64,000 nucleotides of DNA, from positions 6,145 to 70,144 of the forward strand of contig JBLIEU010000004.1 in NCBI GenBank assembly GCA_047633195.1, in the 5' to 3' direction. Numbering within the stretch: position 1 is the stretch's first letter; each line of letters begins with the position of its first letter. Made by a program: the position numbers and the translations under genes. Positions 20,331-29,313 of the stretch are shown here, piece after piece. Under the pieces are notes generated by a model. That model searched no databases. It saw only the letters and a list, made by a program, of their open reading frames with translations, and was not told where the DNA came from. Origin of the DNA: Cryomorphaceae bacterium. GTDB lineage: Bacteria; Bacteroidota; Bacteroidia; Flavobacteriales_D; Cryomorphaceae.

Positions 20331-21116
20331 ATGAAAGATTTAATTTCCACTGCAATTGAAGCGGCCTACTTAGGTGGACTCGAAATTCTCGATGTATATG
20401 AAAGCGACTTTGCAGTAGAAACCAAGGATGATAAGTCACCTTTGACATTAGCCGACAAGAGAGCTCACTTAAAGATTGTCGAATTATTGGGTGATGGCTT
20501 ACCTGTTCTCAGCGAAGAGGGTAAAGCGATTGAATTCAATGAGCGTTCGGGGTGGGATCGGTTTTGGATGGTTGATCCACTCGACGGAACCAAAGAGTTT
20601 GTAAAGAGGAACGGAGAGTTTACTGTTAATATCGCTTTGATCGAAAACGGTAAATCTGTTGGAGGGGTTATATACGTTCCCGTGAAAAAGGACCTTTATT
20701 TTGGAGCTGTTGGAATGGGTTCATACAAAGTTTCGGATTTTGAAGGGAGCTCATACCAATGGGATGAGCTCATAGCAAAAGCCGAAACCCTTCCTGCACC
20801 CAGTGATTCTGACAAGTATCGTGCGGTAGGAAGCAGATCACACATGTCTCCTGAAACAGAGGAGTTTTTTGAAGAACTTAAAAAGGAGCATGGAGAAATT
20901 GAGGTCGTTTCAATGGGAAGTTCACTCAAGATTTGCTTAGTAGCTGAAGGCTCAGCCAATGTGTATCCGAGATTTGCTCCTACTATGGAGTGGGATACTG
21001 CCGCAGGTCATGCCATTGCTAAAGGCGCTGGAAAGAATATTATGGATCATACCACCAAGGAAGAGATGAAGTACAACAAAGAAAACTTATTGAATAACTG
21101 GTTCATTGTGAACTAA
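20331..21116 (+). CDS. cysQ: 3'(2'),5'-bisphosphate nucleotidase
   Basis: KDDKSPLTLAD, LSEEG, WMVDPLDGTKEF, GSSLKICLVAEG, TMEWDTAAGHA. Confidence 0.96.
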   Translation: MKDLISTAIEAAYLGGLEILDVYESDFAVETKDDKSPLTLADKRAHLKIVELLGDGLPVLSEEGKAIEFNERSGWDRFWMVDPLDGTKEFVKRNGEFTVNIALIENGKSVGGVIYVPVKKDLYFGAVGMGSYKVSDFEGSSYQWDELIAKAETLPAPSDSDKYRAVGSRSHMSPETEEFFEELKKEHGEIEVVSMGSSLKICLVAEGSANVYPRFAPTMEWDTAAGHAIAKGAGKNIMDHTTKEEMKYNKENLLNNWFIVN

Positions 21117-21135
21117 AATCAAGATTCAATTAAAT

Positions 21136-21167
21136 AAAAAAAGTCCCGCTCAAGCGGGACTTTTTTT
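21136..21167. terminator. Bidirectional intrinsic terminator
   Basis: AAAAAAAGTCCCGCT-CA-AGCGGGACTTTTTTT between convergent cysQ and the S41 peptidase gene. Confidence 0.85.
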
Positions 21168-21197
21168 GAAATGAAAATTATATGGGTCGACTGGTCG

Positions 21198-22817
21198 TTA
21201 CAATGACGCCGTGTTCGAGATGGAGATCAACGCCTCTCTAATCACTTTATCATCGTCAGTCATGATGGAGTAAAAGCCATCATTTCCCCAAATATTTCGA
21301 GCGATGTATGCCTTTATGCGCAGTTTTAAAACTTCTTTTGAAAGATTAATTCCGCCAATATCGGGAGTCACTCCCTTTTCTTCGGCGTAGCCCACAAAGC
21401 TGTCAAACATGCTTTTGTCTATATCGAAGTTGCGTTCGAATTCTTTGTAATCTTCAAAGTTTGCTAGATCCTTTCGATGCGTATCAGCATAGTCAAAGCC
21501 AAATTGGTTCAAGACGCCTCGGTAGCTCACAATACTGAGGTATTCAGAAGCCCCCACAGTGTCAAGTCCAACAAAAATGTCGGGCATGATTCCGCCGCCG
21601 CCATAAACGATTCGCCCACCAGGAGTCACGTATTGGAGTGAATCGGGGAAATGTATGCTATCGGCAGAAACTAGTTCACCAGTCTCAAAACGATTTTCAT
21701 AATCCGCTTCGTAGTCGATATCTTGTCCATAAGGCTTTTGGATACTTCTGCCAGAGGGCGTGTAGTAGCGGGCCACCGTGAGCCTCAAAGCAGAATTATC
21801 GGGAAGACTCATATGTTCTTGTACCAGTCCTTTTCCAAAAGATCGACGACCAACGATTACTCCTCGGTCATTGTCTTGAATCGCTCCTGCCAAAATCTCT
21901 GATGCTGAGGCCGATCCTTGGTCAATCAATATAGCCAGAGGAATATCAGAGTATTTACCTCTCTTTGAGGCGGTGTATGATTTTTTCGGACTAGACTTTC
22001 CTTCGGTGTATACGATCAGCTGCCCTTTTTGGAGAAATTCTTCGGTGATCTGCACGGCCGCGGTTAAGTACCCGCCACCATTTCCACGCAAATCAATCAC
22101 CAACTCGTTCATTCCCTCCTCCTTGAGCTTCTTGGCACTTTGGGAAAATTCCTCATACGTTGTCCGTGCAAATCGACTGATTTTTATGTAGCCGGTGGTA
22201 TTGTCAATAATCTGAGCGGTCGCCACGCTATTGATGGGAATGGTGCCGCGAGTAATTTCGAAAGGGATCAGTTTTTTATTTCGTAGAATGTCTACTTTGA
22301 CTAGAGTTCCGCCTTCGCCTTTCAAGCGAGAAATGACGTCATCATTTTTAATTTCAACACCCGCGATGTTTTCTTCGTCAACGTTAATAATCTTGTCACC
22401 CGCCTGTATTCCCAATTCTTGACTCGGTCCGCCATCAAGTGCAGCAACAACTCTTACGGTGTCATTTTGAATCAAAAACTCTACTCCAATTCCTTCGAAG
22501 TTTCCTTCCAATGGCTCAGTGTAGGAAGCCATTTCTTCTGCACTTATATAATATGAATGAGGGTCCAAATCTTCTAAAATCGAGGCAATGGCCTTTTCAA
22601 TCATTTGATTCTTGGCCACAGTATCCACATACTCGCGGTCTATGTAGCTAATGATTTGAGTGATTTTATCGGCATTGGAAGAACTGCGCGTTGGTAAAAA
22701 AGTTCTTGAGCCGTCTTCAGCGAAAAAGGTACCAAGGTAAATCCCAAATACCAGCATAAATGCTAGCATTAACGGGTAGTATATTATTAGTTTGTTTTTA
22801 TTTGAATTTTGGTTCAT
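21198..22817 (-). CDS. S41 family C-terminal processing peptidase (PDZ)
   Basis: LDPHS, DLRGNGGG, SASASEILAGAIQD, GRRSFGKGLVQ, ARYYTPSGRSIQ. Confidence 0.93.
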   Translation of the reverse strand: MNQNSNKNKLIIYYPLMLAFMLVFGIYLGTFFAEDGSRTFLPTRSSSNADKITQIISYIDREYVDTVAKNQMIEKAIASILEDLDPHSYYISAEEMASYTEPLEGNFEGIGVEFLIQNDTVRVVAALDGGPSQELGIQAGDKIINVDEENIAGVEIKNDDVISRLKGEGGTLVKVDILRNKKLIPFEITRGTIPINSVATAQIIDNTTGYIKISRFARTTYEEFSQSAKKLKEEGMNELVIDLRGNGGGYLTAAVQITEEFLQKGQLIVYTEGKSSPKKSYTASKRGKYSDIPLAILIDQGSASASEILAGAIQDNDRGVIVGRRSFGKGLVQEHMSLPDNSALRLTVARYYTPSGRSIQKPYGQDIDYEADYENRFETGELVSADSIHFPDSLQYVTPGGRIVYGGGGIMPDIFVGLDTVGASEYLSIVSYRGVLNQFGFDYADTHRKDLANFEDYKEFERNFDIDKSMFDSFVGYAEEKGVTPDIGGINLSKEVLKLRIKAYIARNIWGNDGFYSIMTDDDKVIREALISISNTASL

Positions 22818-23269
22818 CCTATTTTCTCAATATGTTCAATCTCTATTCCTGCATCTCCTAGCAGCTTCACACCTTCTCCATCCTTATACGATTTGGCAAA
22901 CACCACGCGGCGAATCCCAGCTTGTAGAACAAGCTTGCTGCAGTCCTTGCAAGGAGAGAGTGTTAAGTATAACGTAGCATCCTGGGCATTGTTGGTGCTG
23001 CGCGCAACCTTCGTTATAGCGTTTGCTTCCGCATGAAGTACAAACCAATGTGTATCACCATTGTCGTCTTCGCAGCAATTGTCAAATCCAGCAGGGGTAC
23101 CGTTGTAACCGTCGGAAATGATCATTCCGTTTTTGACAATAATTGCCCCTACTTGCTTTCTGCTGCAGTGAGAAAGCTTGCTCCACTCCGCTGCCATCCG
23201 CAGATAGGCCACGTCGTAACGGTGCTGCTTTGCTTTATTTTCAAATGTGAGTGTGCCTGCTGCAGTCAT
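22814..23269 (-). CDS. dCMP deaminase (ComEB-like)
   Basis: GYNGTP, HAEANAI and SPCKDC zinc motifs. Start moved to ATG 23269 because the longer ORF runs into the tRNA. Confidence 0.92.
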   Translation of the reverse strand: MTAAGTLTFENKAKQHRYDVAYLRMAAEWSKLSHCSRKQVGAIIVKNGMIISDGYNGTPAGFDNCCEDDNGDTHWFVLHAEANAITKVARSTNNAQDATLYLTLSPCKDCSKLVLQAGIRRVVFAKSYKDGEGVKLLGDAGIEIEHIEKIG

Positions 23270-23425
23270 AAGTGCGAATATAAAACGGAATTGTGGGCAA
23301 TGGTTGCTGGGAGAGTAAGTTAAATTAAGTGAAAGGACTTCAGCCTCTGGGTGCTGTAAGGGCTGCCATTGGACCAAAAAAAAAGTGAGAAACTTTGCTC
23401 TCGCTCTGTTTCTCACTCCGTTTTG

Positions 23426-23507
23426 TACCCGGGGCGGGAATCGAACCCGCACTCCCGAAAGAACTGGATTTTGAATCCAGCGCGTCTACCAGTTCCGCCA
23501 CCCGGGC
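23426..23507 (-). tRNA. tRNA-Leu(CAA)
   Basis: GCCCGGG acceptor, D arm TGGCGGAACTGGTAGACGCG, anticodon arm CTGGA-TTCAAAA-TCCAG, long variable arm, GCGGG-TTCGATT-CCCGC, discriminator A. Confidence 0.96.
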
Positions 23508-23521
23508 ATTGTTGAATGCCG

Positions 23522-23529
23522 CAAAATTA
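23522..23529 (-). promoter_or_regulatory. -7 element upstream of tRNA-Leu
   Basis: Minus strand TAATTTTG(C) matches TAnnTTTG. Confidence 0.6.
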
Positions 23530-23612
23530 CTCATTCATTGCAATAAGCCAAACAAAATCTGAAAAGCCTAGATTTGCACCCAATGTTTCTTTGGATGTCA
23601 AGGCCATAATCG

Positions 23613-23620
23613 TAGCTTTG
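23613..23620 (+). promoter_or_regulatory. -7 element for prs-rplY-pth
   Basis: TAGCTTTG(CA) just upstream of the prs ATG. Confidence 0.6.
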
Positions 23621-23634
23621 CAGCCATTTTCAAA

Positions 23635-24570
23635 ATGAGCAATTCAGTCAAAATATTCGCAGGAAGTGCATCCGAAGATCTCGGTACGAGGATCGCACGT
23701 GCATACGGTCAGGAGTTAGGAAATCTAAAGATGTCCAAATTTAGTGATGGTGAGTTCCAGATTTCTTACGAGGAGAGCATTCGTGGTAACGACGTTTTCA
23801 TCATTCAATCCACATTTCCACCAGCAGATAATCTGATGGAGCTGCTTCTTATGGTTGACGCAGCCAAGAGAGCCTCTGCCAAAAGAATTGTTGCCATATT
23901 GCCTTACTTCGGTTTTGCTAGGCAAGACAGAAAGGATAAGCCACGTGTGGCGATCGGCGCTAAATTGGTAGCCAATCTACTCACTGCCGCAGGAGTGGAT
24001 CGTGTGATGACAATGGATCTTCACGCTGACCAAATTCAAGGATTTTTTGAAGTACCAGTAGATCACCTTTTTGCATCTTCTATCTTTTTGCCTTTTATAG
24101 AAACCCTCGATACGTCAAACTTGATCATGGCTGCTCCCGATACAGGAGGAACCAAGCGCGCAAATGCTTACGCCAAGTATTTGAACGTGGATATGGCTAT
24201 CTGCTATAAGCAGAGAAAAGTAGCCAACCATATCGAGAGCATGACAGTGATCGGTGATGTAGAAGGAAAAGACGTTTTATTAGTAGATGATATTATTGAT
24301 ACTGCTGGGACATTGACAACGGCTGCCGATATGATGATGGATCGAGGTGCAAAAAGCGTTCGCGCCCTTTGCACGCACGCTGTATTATCTGGTCCTGCGT
24401 ATGATAGAATCGAAAAGTCCACCATCAAAGAATTGATCGTTACAGATACCATTCCATTGAAGAAGAAACATGACAAAATACGTGTGTTGACTGTTGCGGA
24501 CTTATTCGCAGACGTTATTCACAGCGCGATCAATTACCAATCCATTAGCAAATATTTTATCGTTTCATAA
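23635..24570 (+). CDS. prs: Ribose-phosphate pyrophosphokinase
   Basis: FSDGE, PYFGFARQDRK, MDLHADQIQGFF, LVDDIIDTAGT. Confidence 0.97.
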   Translation: MSNSVKIFAGSASEDLGTRIARAYGQELGNLKMSKFSDGEFQISYEESIRGNDVFIIQSTFPPADNLMELLLMVDAAKRASAKRIVAILPYFGFARQDRKDKPRVAIGAKLVANLLTAAGVDRVMTMDLHADQIQGFFEVPVDHLFASSIFLPFIETLDTSNLIMAAPDTGGTKRANAYAKYLNVDMAICYKQRKVANHIESMTVIGDVEGKDVLLVDDIIDTAGTLTTAADMMMDRGAKSVRALCTHAVLSGPAYDRIEKSTIKELIVTDTIPLKKKHDKIRVLTVADLFADVIHSAINYQSISKYFIVS

Positions 24571-24582
24571 ACACAATCAAAA

Positions 24583-25221
24583 ATGAAAACAGTATCGTTG
24601 AGCGGTTCTCCGAGAGAGAACGTAGGGAAAAAAGATGCTAGGCTCGTTAGAGCGGAAGGGAAAATTCCTTGCGTACTTTACGGCGGCGAAGACCAAAAAC
24701 ATTTTTCCATTAATTACATTGAGTTTAACAAGTACATCTATACTCCTGATGTATACATTTATGAATTGGATCTAAACGGAACAAAGGTGAATGCGATCAT
24801 TCGTGACATCCAGTTTCATCCAGTAACGGATGCAACAATTCACGTTGACTTCTTGGAGCTTGTCGAAGGAAAGCAAGTTACAATGGATCTTCCTCTCAGA
24901 TTCTCAGGAAATTCAATCGGAGTAAGAAATGGAGGGCGCCTTTTGTCCAACTTCCGTAGTGTAAATATAAAGGGAATTCCCGCTGACCTTCCCGAAGCGG
25001 TTGAAGTTGATATCACGAATCTGCGTATCGCTCAATTTATTCGTGTTGAGGACCTGAAATTACCATCTGCAACTATTTTGCACAGCCCAAAAGCGGTTAT
25101 AGTAGGTGTGAAAATGGCTCGTGGTGCTGTTGACGATGATGCAGAACCAGGTGAAGAAGGTGCTGAAGGAGAAGCTGCTGAAGGTTCTGAAGAAGCTACC
25201 GAAGCCAAAGCTGAAGATTAA
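24583..25221 (+). CDS. rplY: 50S ribosomal protein L25/Ctc
   Basis: IPCVLYGG, DIQFHPVTD...HVDF, acidic tail; prs-rplY-pth gene order. Confidence 0.95.
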   Translation: MKTVSLSGSPRENVGKKDARLVRAEGKIPCVLYGGEDQKHFSINYIEFNKYIYTPDVYIYELDLNGTKVNAIIRDIQFHPVTDATIHVDFLELVEGKQVTMDLPLRFSGNSIGVRNGGRLLSNFRSVNIKGIPADLPEAVEVDITNLRIAQFIRVEDLKLPSATILHSPKAVIVGVKMARGAVDDDAEPGEEGAEGEAAEGSEEATEAKAED

Positions 25222-25240
25222 GTCTAACCCTACCGATACC

Positions 25241-25804
25241 TTGAAATATCTCGTAGTCGGCTTGGGAAATGTGGGCGTTAAATACCTAAACACGCGCCAT
25301 AATATAGGATTCAAAGTAGCCGACGCTCTCGCTGAGCGATCGGCTGCTTCGTTTTCAGAAGATCGGTACGGAGCCATATCTTCCATAAAGCACCGAGGAA
25401 GAACTCTGATTGTATTGAAGCCCAATACTTTCATGAACCTTAGTGGAAAGGCAGTAAACTATTGGCTTCAAAAAGAGAAAATCCCTTTGGAGCGCCTGCT
25501 TCTAGTCACCGATGATTTGGCTTTGCCTTATGGCAAGCAAAGGCTTCGGATGAAAGGCAGTGATGGCGGACACAATGGTCTGAAAGATACAAATGCTATC
25601 ATAGGAAGGCAAGATTATGCACGACTTAGAATAGGGATTGGGGACGAGTTTCATAAGGGTGGTCAAATAGATTACGTCTTAGGTGACTGGTCTATGACCG
25701 AAGAAAAAACATTAGATGAGAGAATCGAAATTGCCGTCGATACTTGCCTCTCTTTTTGCTCCATAGGTGGCCCTCAAACAATGACAGCTTTTAATAACAA
25801 ATAG
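25241..25804 (+). CDS. pth: Peptidyl-tRNA hydrolase
   Basis: TTG start, LVVGLGN, TRHNIGF, KPNTFMNLSG, GSDGGHNGLK, RLRIGIG. Confidence 0.95.
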   Translation: MKYLVVGLGNVGVKYLNTRHNIGFKVADALAERSAASFSEDRYGAISSIKHRGRTLIVLKPNTFMNLSGKAVNYWLQKEKIPLERLLLVTDDLALPYGKQRLRMKGSDGGHNGLKDTNAIIGRQDYARLRIGIGDEFHKGGQIDYVLGDWSMTEEKTLDERIEIAVDTCLSFCSIGGPQTMTAFNNK

Positions 25805-25841
25805 TTAACCCGCGCAAACTTCTTAACTTGGCGTTAACTCA

Positions 25842-25849
25842 TACTTTTG
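25842..25849 (+). promoter_or_regulatory. -7 element
   Basis: TACTTTTG(CAC) upstream of the T9SS cargo gene. Confidence 0.55.
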
Positions 25850-25873
25850 CACCCATAATAAAACCCAATTAAA

Positions 25874-28800
25874 ATGAAGAAAATTTACTTCTTGCTATTT
25901 GCAGCAATGACCATGACTTTTCAGTCAGCAGTTGCTCAAAGCGACCTCCTGATTTCAGGAGTCGTAGATGGTGACCTTCCTGGTGGTAAACCTAAGGCCA
26001 TTGAGATCTATGTGATCAATGATATCGCAGACCTTAGCGTTTATGGAATTGGATCTGCCAACAATGGTGGAGGCACCGATGGTGTTGAATTCATATTTCC
26101 AGCAGATGCAGCCACTGCCGGCGACTTTATTTACATAAGGTCTGCCGACGGTGGAGATGATGTATTGTTCAATGATTATTTTGGATTTGATGCAGACTAT
26201 CAATCTAGCGCTGCAGCCATTAATGGTGACGATGCTGTTGAACTCTTTCTAAATGACGCAGTAGTAGACGTCTTTGGTGACATTAATGTAAACGGTGACG
26301 GCGAATCTTGGGATTACACAGACGGTTGGGCTTATCGCCAAAACGGAACTGGCCCATCAGCTGTATTCACCGAATCAGAATGGCCTATTGAAGGTGCAGG
26401 ACTTCTTGATGGATTTATGACCAACGCAGAAGCTAACTTTCCTTTTCCTATAGGGACATACTCTACTGAAGGTGGCGGAGGCGACCCAGTTGAAGCGACC
26501 ATCCAAGAAATTCAAGAAACAGTAGATCCTGATGGAGATTCTCCATTGGTCGATCAGATAGTGATTACAACGGGTATCGTTACAGCTTTATACGATGAAG
26601 GATTCTGGATCCAAGATGGAACAGGCACATGGAGCGGGGTTTTTGTAAGAGAAGACAATCCTGCAGCAGCAATTGGTGATGAGGTTAACATTACTGGAAT
26701 TGTTCAAGAAAACTTTGGACTTACTAGAATTAACAACCTTACTGATCTTACAGTAGAATCAAGCGCAAACGCCCTTCCGGCAGCTGAAGTTTTAACTACT
26801 GCGATCGCAGGAACTGAAGAATGGGAAGGAGTTCTTATTCAGATTCTTGAAGTTACTTGTACTGACAATAACCTTGGATTTGGTGAGTGGTTGATCAATG
26901 ATGGATCTGGAGACTACCGAGTAGATGATGAACTTTACGATGCCGATCCTCAGCTATTGGTAGGTTATGATGTTACTGGTGTAGCTCATTTTAGCTTCAG
27001 CGATTTTAAACTTTTTCCGAGAGATGCAGCTGATGTTGCTGTCAACGCTGATGCGAGTGAACTTGGGTTGGCTTTTGAAGCTTCAGCCATTGGCGAAGGC
27101 GAAACTTCAGGGACAATCATCATCGAAGTTGAGATCATCAACCCCTCAGATGTTGAAACAACTGTAGAAGTTACTGTAACAGGCGGTACTGCTGTGAATG
27201 GAACAAATTACAACTTTACTGACCTTACGGTATTGACTTTCGCTGCAAGTGACGCGACTGCTCAGACGTTTGAGGTGGAAATTCTAGACGACTTAGATCC
27301 GAATGAAGACCGCACGGTGATCTTCACGCTTCAAAATGCTACGAACGGAGCTACTCTTGCTACCAGCGAATTAACGTTGACCATTCAAGATGACGATACA
27401 GCTATCGAACTTACTGATATTGTTGTAGCTGCTGAAGAAGATGCGAATGGTGTCGCAGTTAATATTGGTAATGAATACACTGTTGCTGGAATCGTTTATG
27501 GTGTAAACATGGGTGGATCCGCTCAGTCTTTTACCCTTATTGACCAAACAGGTGGTGTAGGAACATATTCTAATTCACCTGTAGATGACTACGTCGTTAC
27601 TGAAGGAGATAGTATTGTGCTAACTGGAACAATTAGTCAGTTCAATGGATTGACTCAATTCAACCCAACGGCGATTGACCTTATTTCTCAAGGGAATGAG
27701 CTCAATGAGCCAGTTGTTATTACTGAGTTTTCCAATGACATAGTATCTCAATTGGTGAAGCTAGAATGTGTTTTCTTAGTTGATCCAGGACAATGGTCAG
27801 GAACAGGATCTGGATTTAATGTAACAGTTGGTAATGGGACTACTGAGTTCACCTTGCGCATCGACAATGATGTTGACCTTTACAGTGCGCCTGCTCCAGA
27901 TGGAACTTTTGACGTAACAGGTATTGTAGGGCAATTTGATTCTGAAGCACCATTATTGGAAGGGATTCAGTTGCTTCCACGCAGAATTTCAGACATCGTT
28001 TCGCAAGAATGCGGAATCGTAACTCCACCTATCAATGATAATTGCGATGCCGCGATCAATCTTGACGACCTTCTTGGAGGACCGATTGGGGAAGCGCAAT
28101 TCTCAAGTCAATTTTCAAATGATGGAGCAACCGTTCCTGCGGACGCTGTAACAGCTGGATTTGAATGTTTTGGAGAGCCTGATGGCTCTGCATCGGGTCC
28201 TTCATTGGAAAACAATGTTTGGTTTGAATTCACTGGTGATGGAAATACTTACTTTCTTGAAACGAACGACTGCAATGGTACTGCCGAAGAATACATTCCT
28301 GACGGAGACACGCAAATTGCGGTTTACTTAGGTTTCTGTGGAATCTTCCAATCCCCACTATTGTGTAATGAAGATGGACCCAATGCTGCGGCAGGAAACT
28401 ATGCTGCTGGTTTAGAGATTCCAACTGAGGCTGGAGCATTCTACACAGTTATGGTTGACGGTTACTTAGGAGTAGCTGGAGACTTTTGCTTGTCTTTGAC
28501 GAGACTTGCTTCTCCAATTGATGAGTGCGCTGGAGCGGCCGATCTTTCTGATCTTACAGGCGGAGCTTTGAACGAAGCGCAGACTTCAGGAGCTTTCTCA
28601 AATGTAGGTGCTACATCAGTTGATGATCCTAATCCAAACGATGTTGAAGCTGATTGCTGGTTCGGAGATCCTCTTATCTCGGCTACAGTTTGGTTTAGCT
28701 TTGAAGGAGATGGTAATGAGTACTTCATCGAAACAGTAAACTGTGGAGAGGTGACTGATTACATCGATGACGGGGACACTCAAATGGCAATCTTCACAGG

Positions 28801-29233
28801 AGAATGTGGTGATTTAGCCCAAGTAGCTTGTAACGAAGATGGACCTCAATCGACAGGCACTGAATTTCCAGCTGGAATCTCATTTGTTACTGAAGTCGGA
28901 GTGACTTACCAAGTGATGATCGACGGATACGCAGGTGTTGACGGTGAGTTCTGCATGCAAATGACAGCAACAAGCCTTCTAGCTACTGATAATTCTGATG
29001 AATTTGAATTCAGCGCTTACCCTAATCCAACGAACGGAATGGTGACGATCGAATCCCCTGTTTCATTGGAAAATGTGACATTAGTGAATGTTCTAGGACA
29101 GCGAGTTAAGCAATGGAACATCATTTCTGCTGAGCGATTTGAATTCAACACAAATGACGTTGAGCCTGGTGTTTACCTTTTGCAAGCGATGAGCGAAGGA
29201 AAGATATCTACATTGAAGCTTATTGTTGAGTAA
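25874..29233 (+). CDS. Secreted multidomain T9SS cargo: lamin-tail-like domain, OB folds, Calx-beta-like domain, two Cys-containing repeats, type A CTD
   Basis: Signal peptide; KAIEIY and INGDDAVEL (LTD-like); GFWIQD and GDEVNITGIVQE (OB-like); GGTAVNG and TLTIQDDD (Calx-beta-like); C-terminal YPNPT...GVYLL...KLIVE. Confidence 0.75.
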   Translation: MKKIYFLLFAAMTMTFQSAVAQSDLLISGVVDGDLPGGKPKAIEIYVINDIADLSVYGIGSANNGGGTDGVEFIFPADAATAGDFIYIRSADGGDDVLFNDYFGFDADYQSSAAAINGDDAVELFLNDAVVDVFGDINVNGDGESWDYTDGWAYRQNGTGPSAVFTESEWPIEGAGLLDGFMTNAEANFPFPIGTYSTEGGGGDPVEATIQEIQETVDPDGDSPLVDQIVITTGIVTALYDEGFWIQDGTGTWSGVFVREDNPAAAIGDEVNITGIVQENFGLTRINNLTDLTVESSANALPAAEVLTTAIAGTEEWEGVLIQILEVTCTDNNLGFGEWLINDGSGDYRVDDELYDADPQLLVGYDVTGVAHFSFSDFKLFPRDAADVAVNADASELGLAFEASAIGEGETSGTIIIEVEIINPSDVETTVEVTVTGGTAVNGTNYNFTDLTVLTFAASDATAQTFEVEILDDLDPNEDRTVIFTLQNATNGATLATSELTLTIQDDDTAIELTDIVVAAEEDANGVAVNIGNEYTVAGIVYGVNMGGSAQSFTLIDQTGGVGTYSNSPVDDYVVTEGDSIVLTGTISQFNGLTQFNPTAIDLISQGNELNEPVVITEFSNDIVSQLVKLECVFLVDPGQWSGTGSGFNVTVGNGTTEFTLRIDNDVDLYSAPAPDGTFDVTGIVGQFDSEAPLLEGIQLLPRRISDIVSQECGIVTPPINDNCDAAINLDDLLGGPIGEAQFSSQFSNDGATVPADAVTAGFECFGEPDGSASGPSLENNVWFEFTGDGNTYFLETNDCNGTAEEYIPDGDTQIAVYLGFCGIFQSPLLCNEDGPNAAAGNYAAGLEIPTEAGAFYTVMVDGYLGVAGDFCLSLTRLASPIDECAGAADLSDLTGGALNEAQTSGAFSNVGATSVDDPNPNDVEADCWFGDPLISATVWFSFEGDGNEYFIETVNCGEVTDYIDDGDTQMAIFTGECGDLAQVACNEDGPQSTGTEFPAGISFVTEVGVTYQVMIDGYAGVDGEFCMQMTATSLLATDNSDEFEFSAYPNPTNGMVTIESPVSLENVTLVNVLGQRVKQWNIISAERFEFNTNDVEPGVYLLQAMSEGKISTLKLIVE

Positions 29234-29254
29234 GTAGAATTAGATCATAAAATG

Positions 29255-29288
29255 AAAGCCGGCTATCTGAGAAGATAGCCGGCTTTTT
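29255..29288. terminator. Intrinsic terminator
   Basis: AAAGCCGGCTATCT-GAGA-AGATAGCCGGCTTTTT between convergent genes. Confidence 0.85.
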
Positions 29289-29313
29289 CTTGAGTCTCAA
29301 TACCCAATATCAA

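Noticed and set aside
23270-23534. N-terminal extension of the dCMP deaminase ORF and ORF 23340-23534
   Set aside because: Both overlap tRNA-Leu; the deaminase homology starts near ATG 23269.
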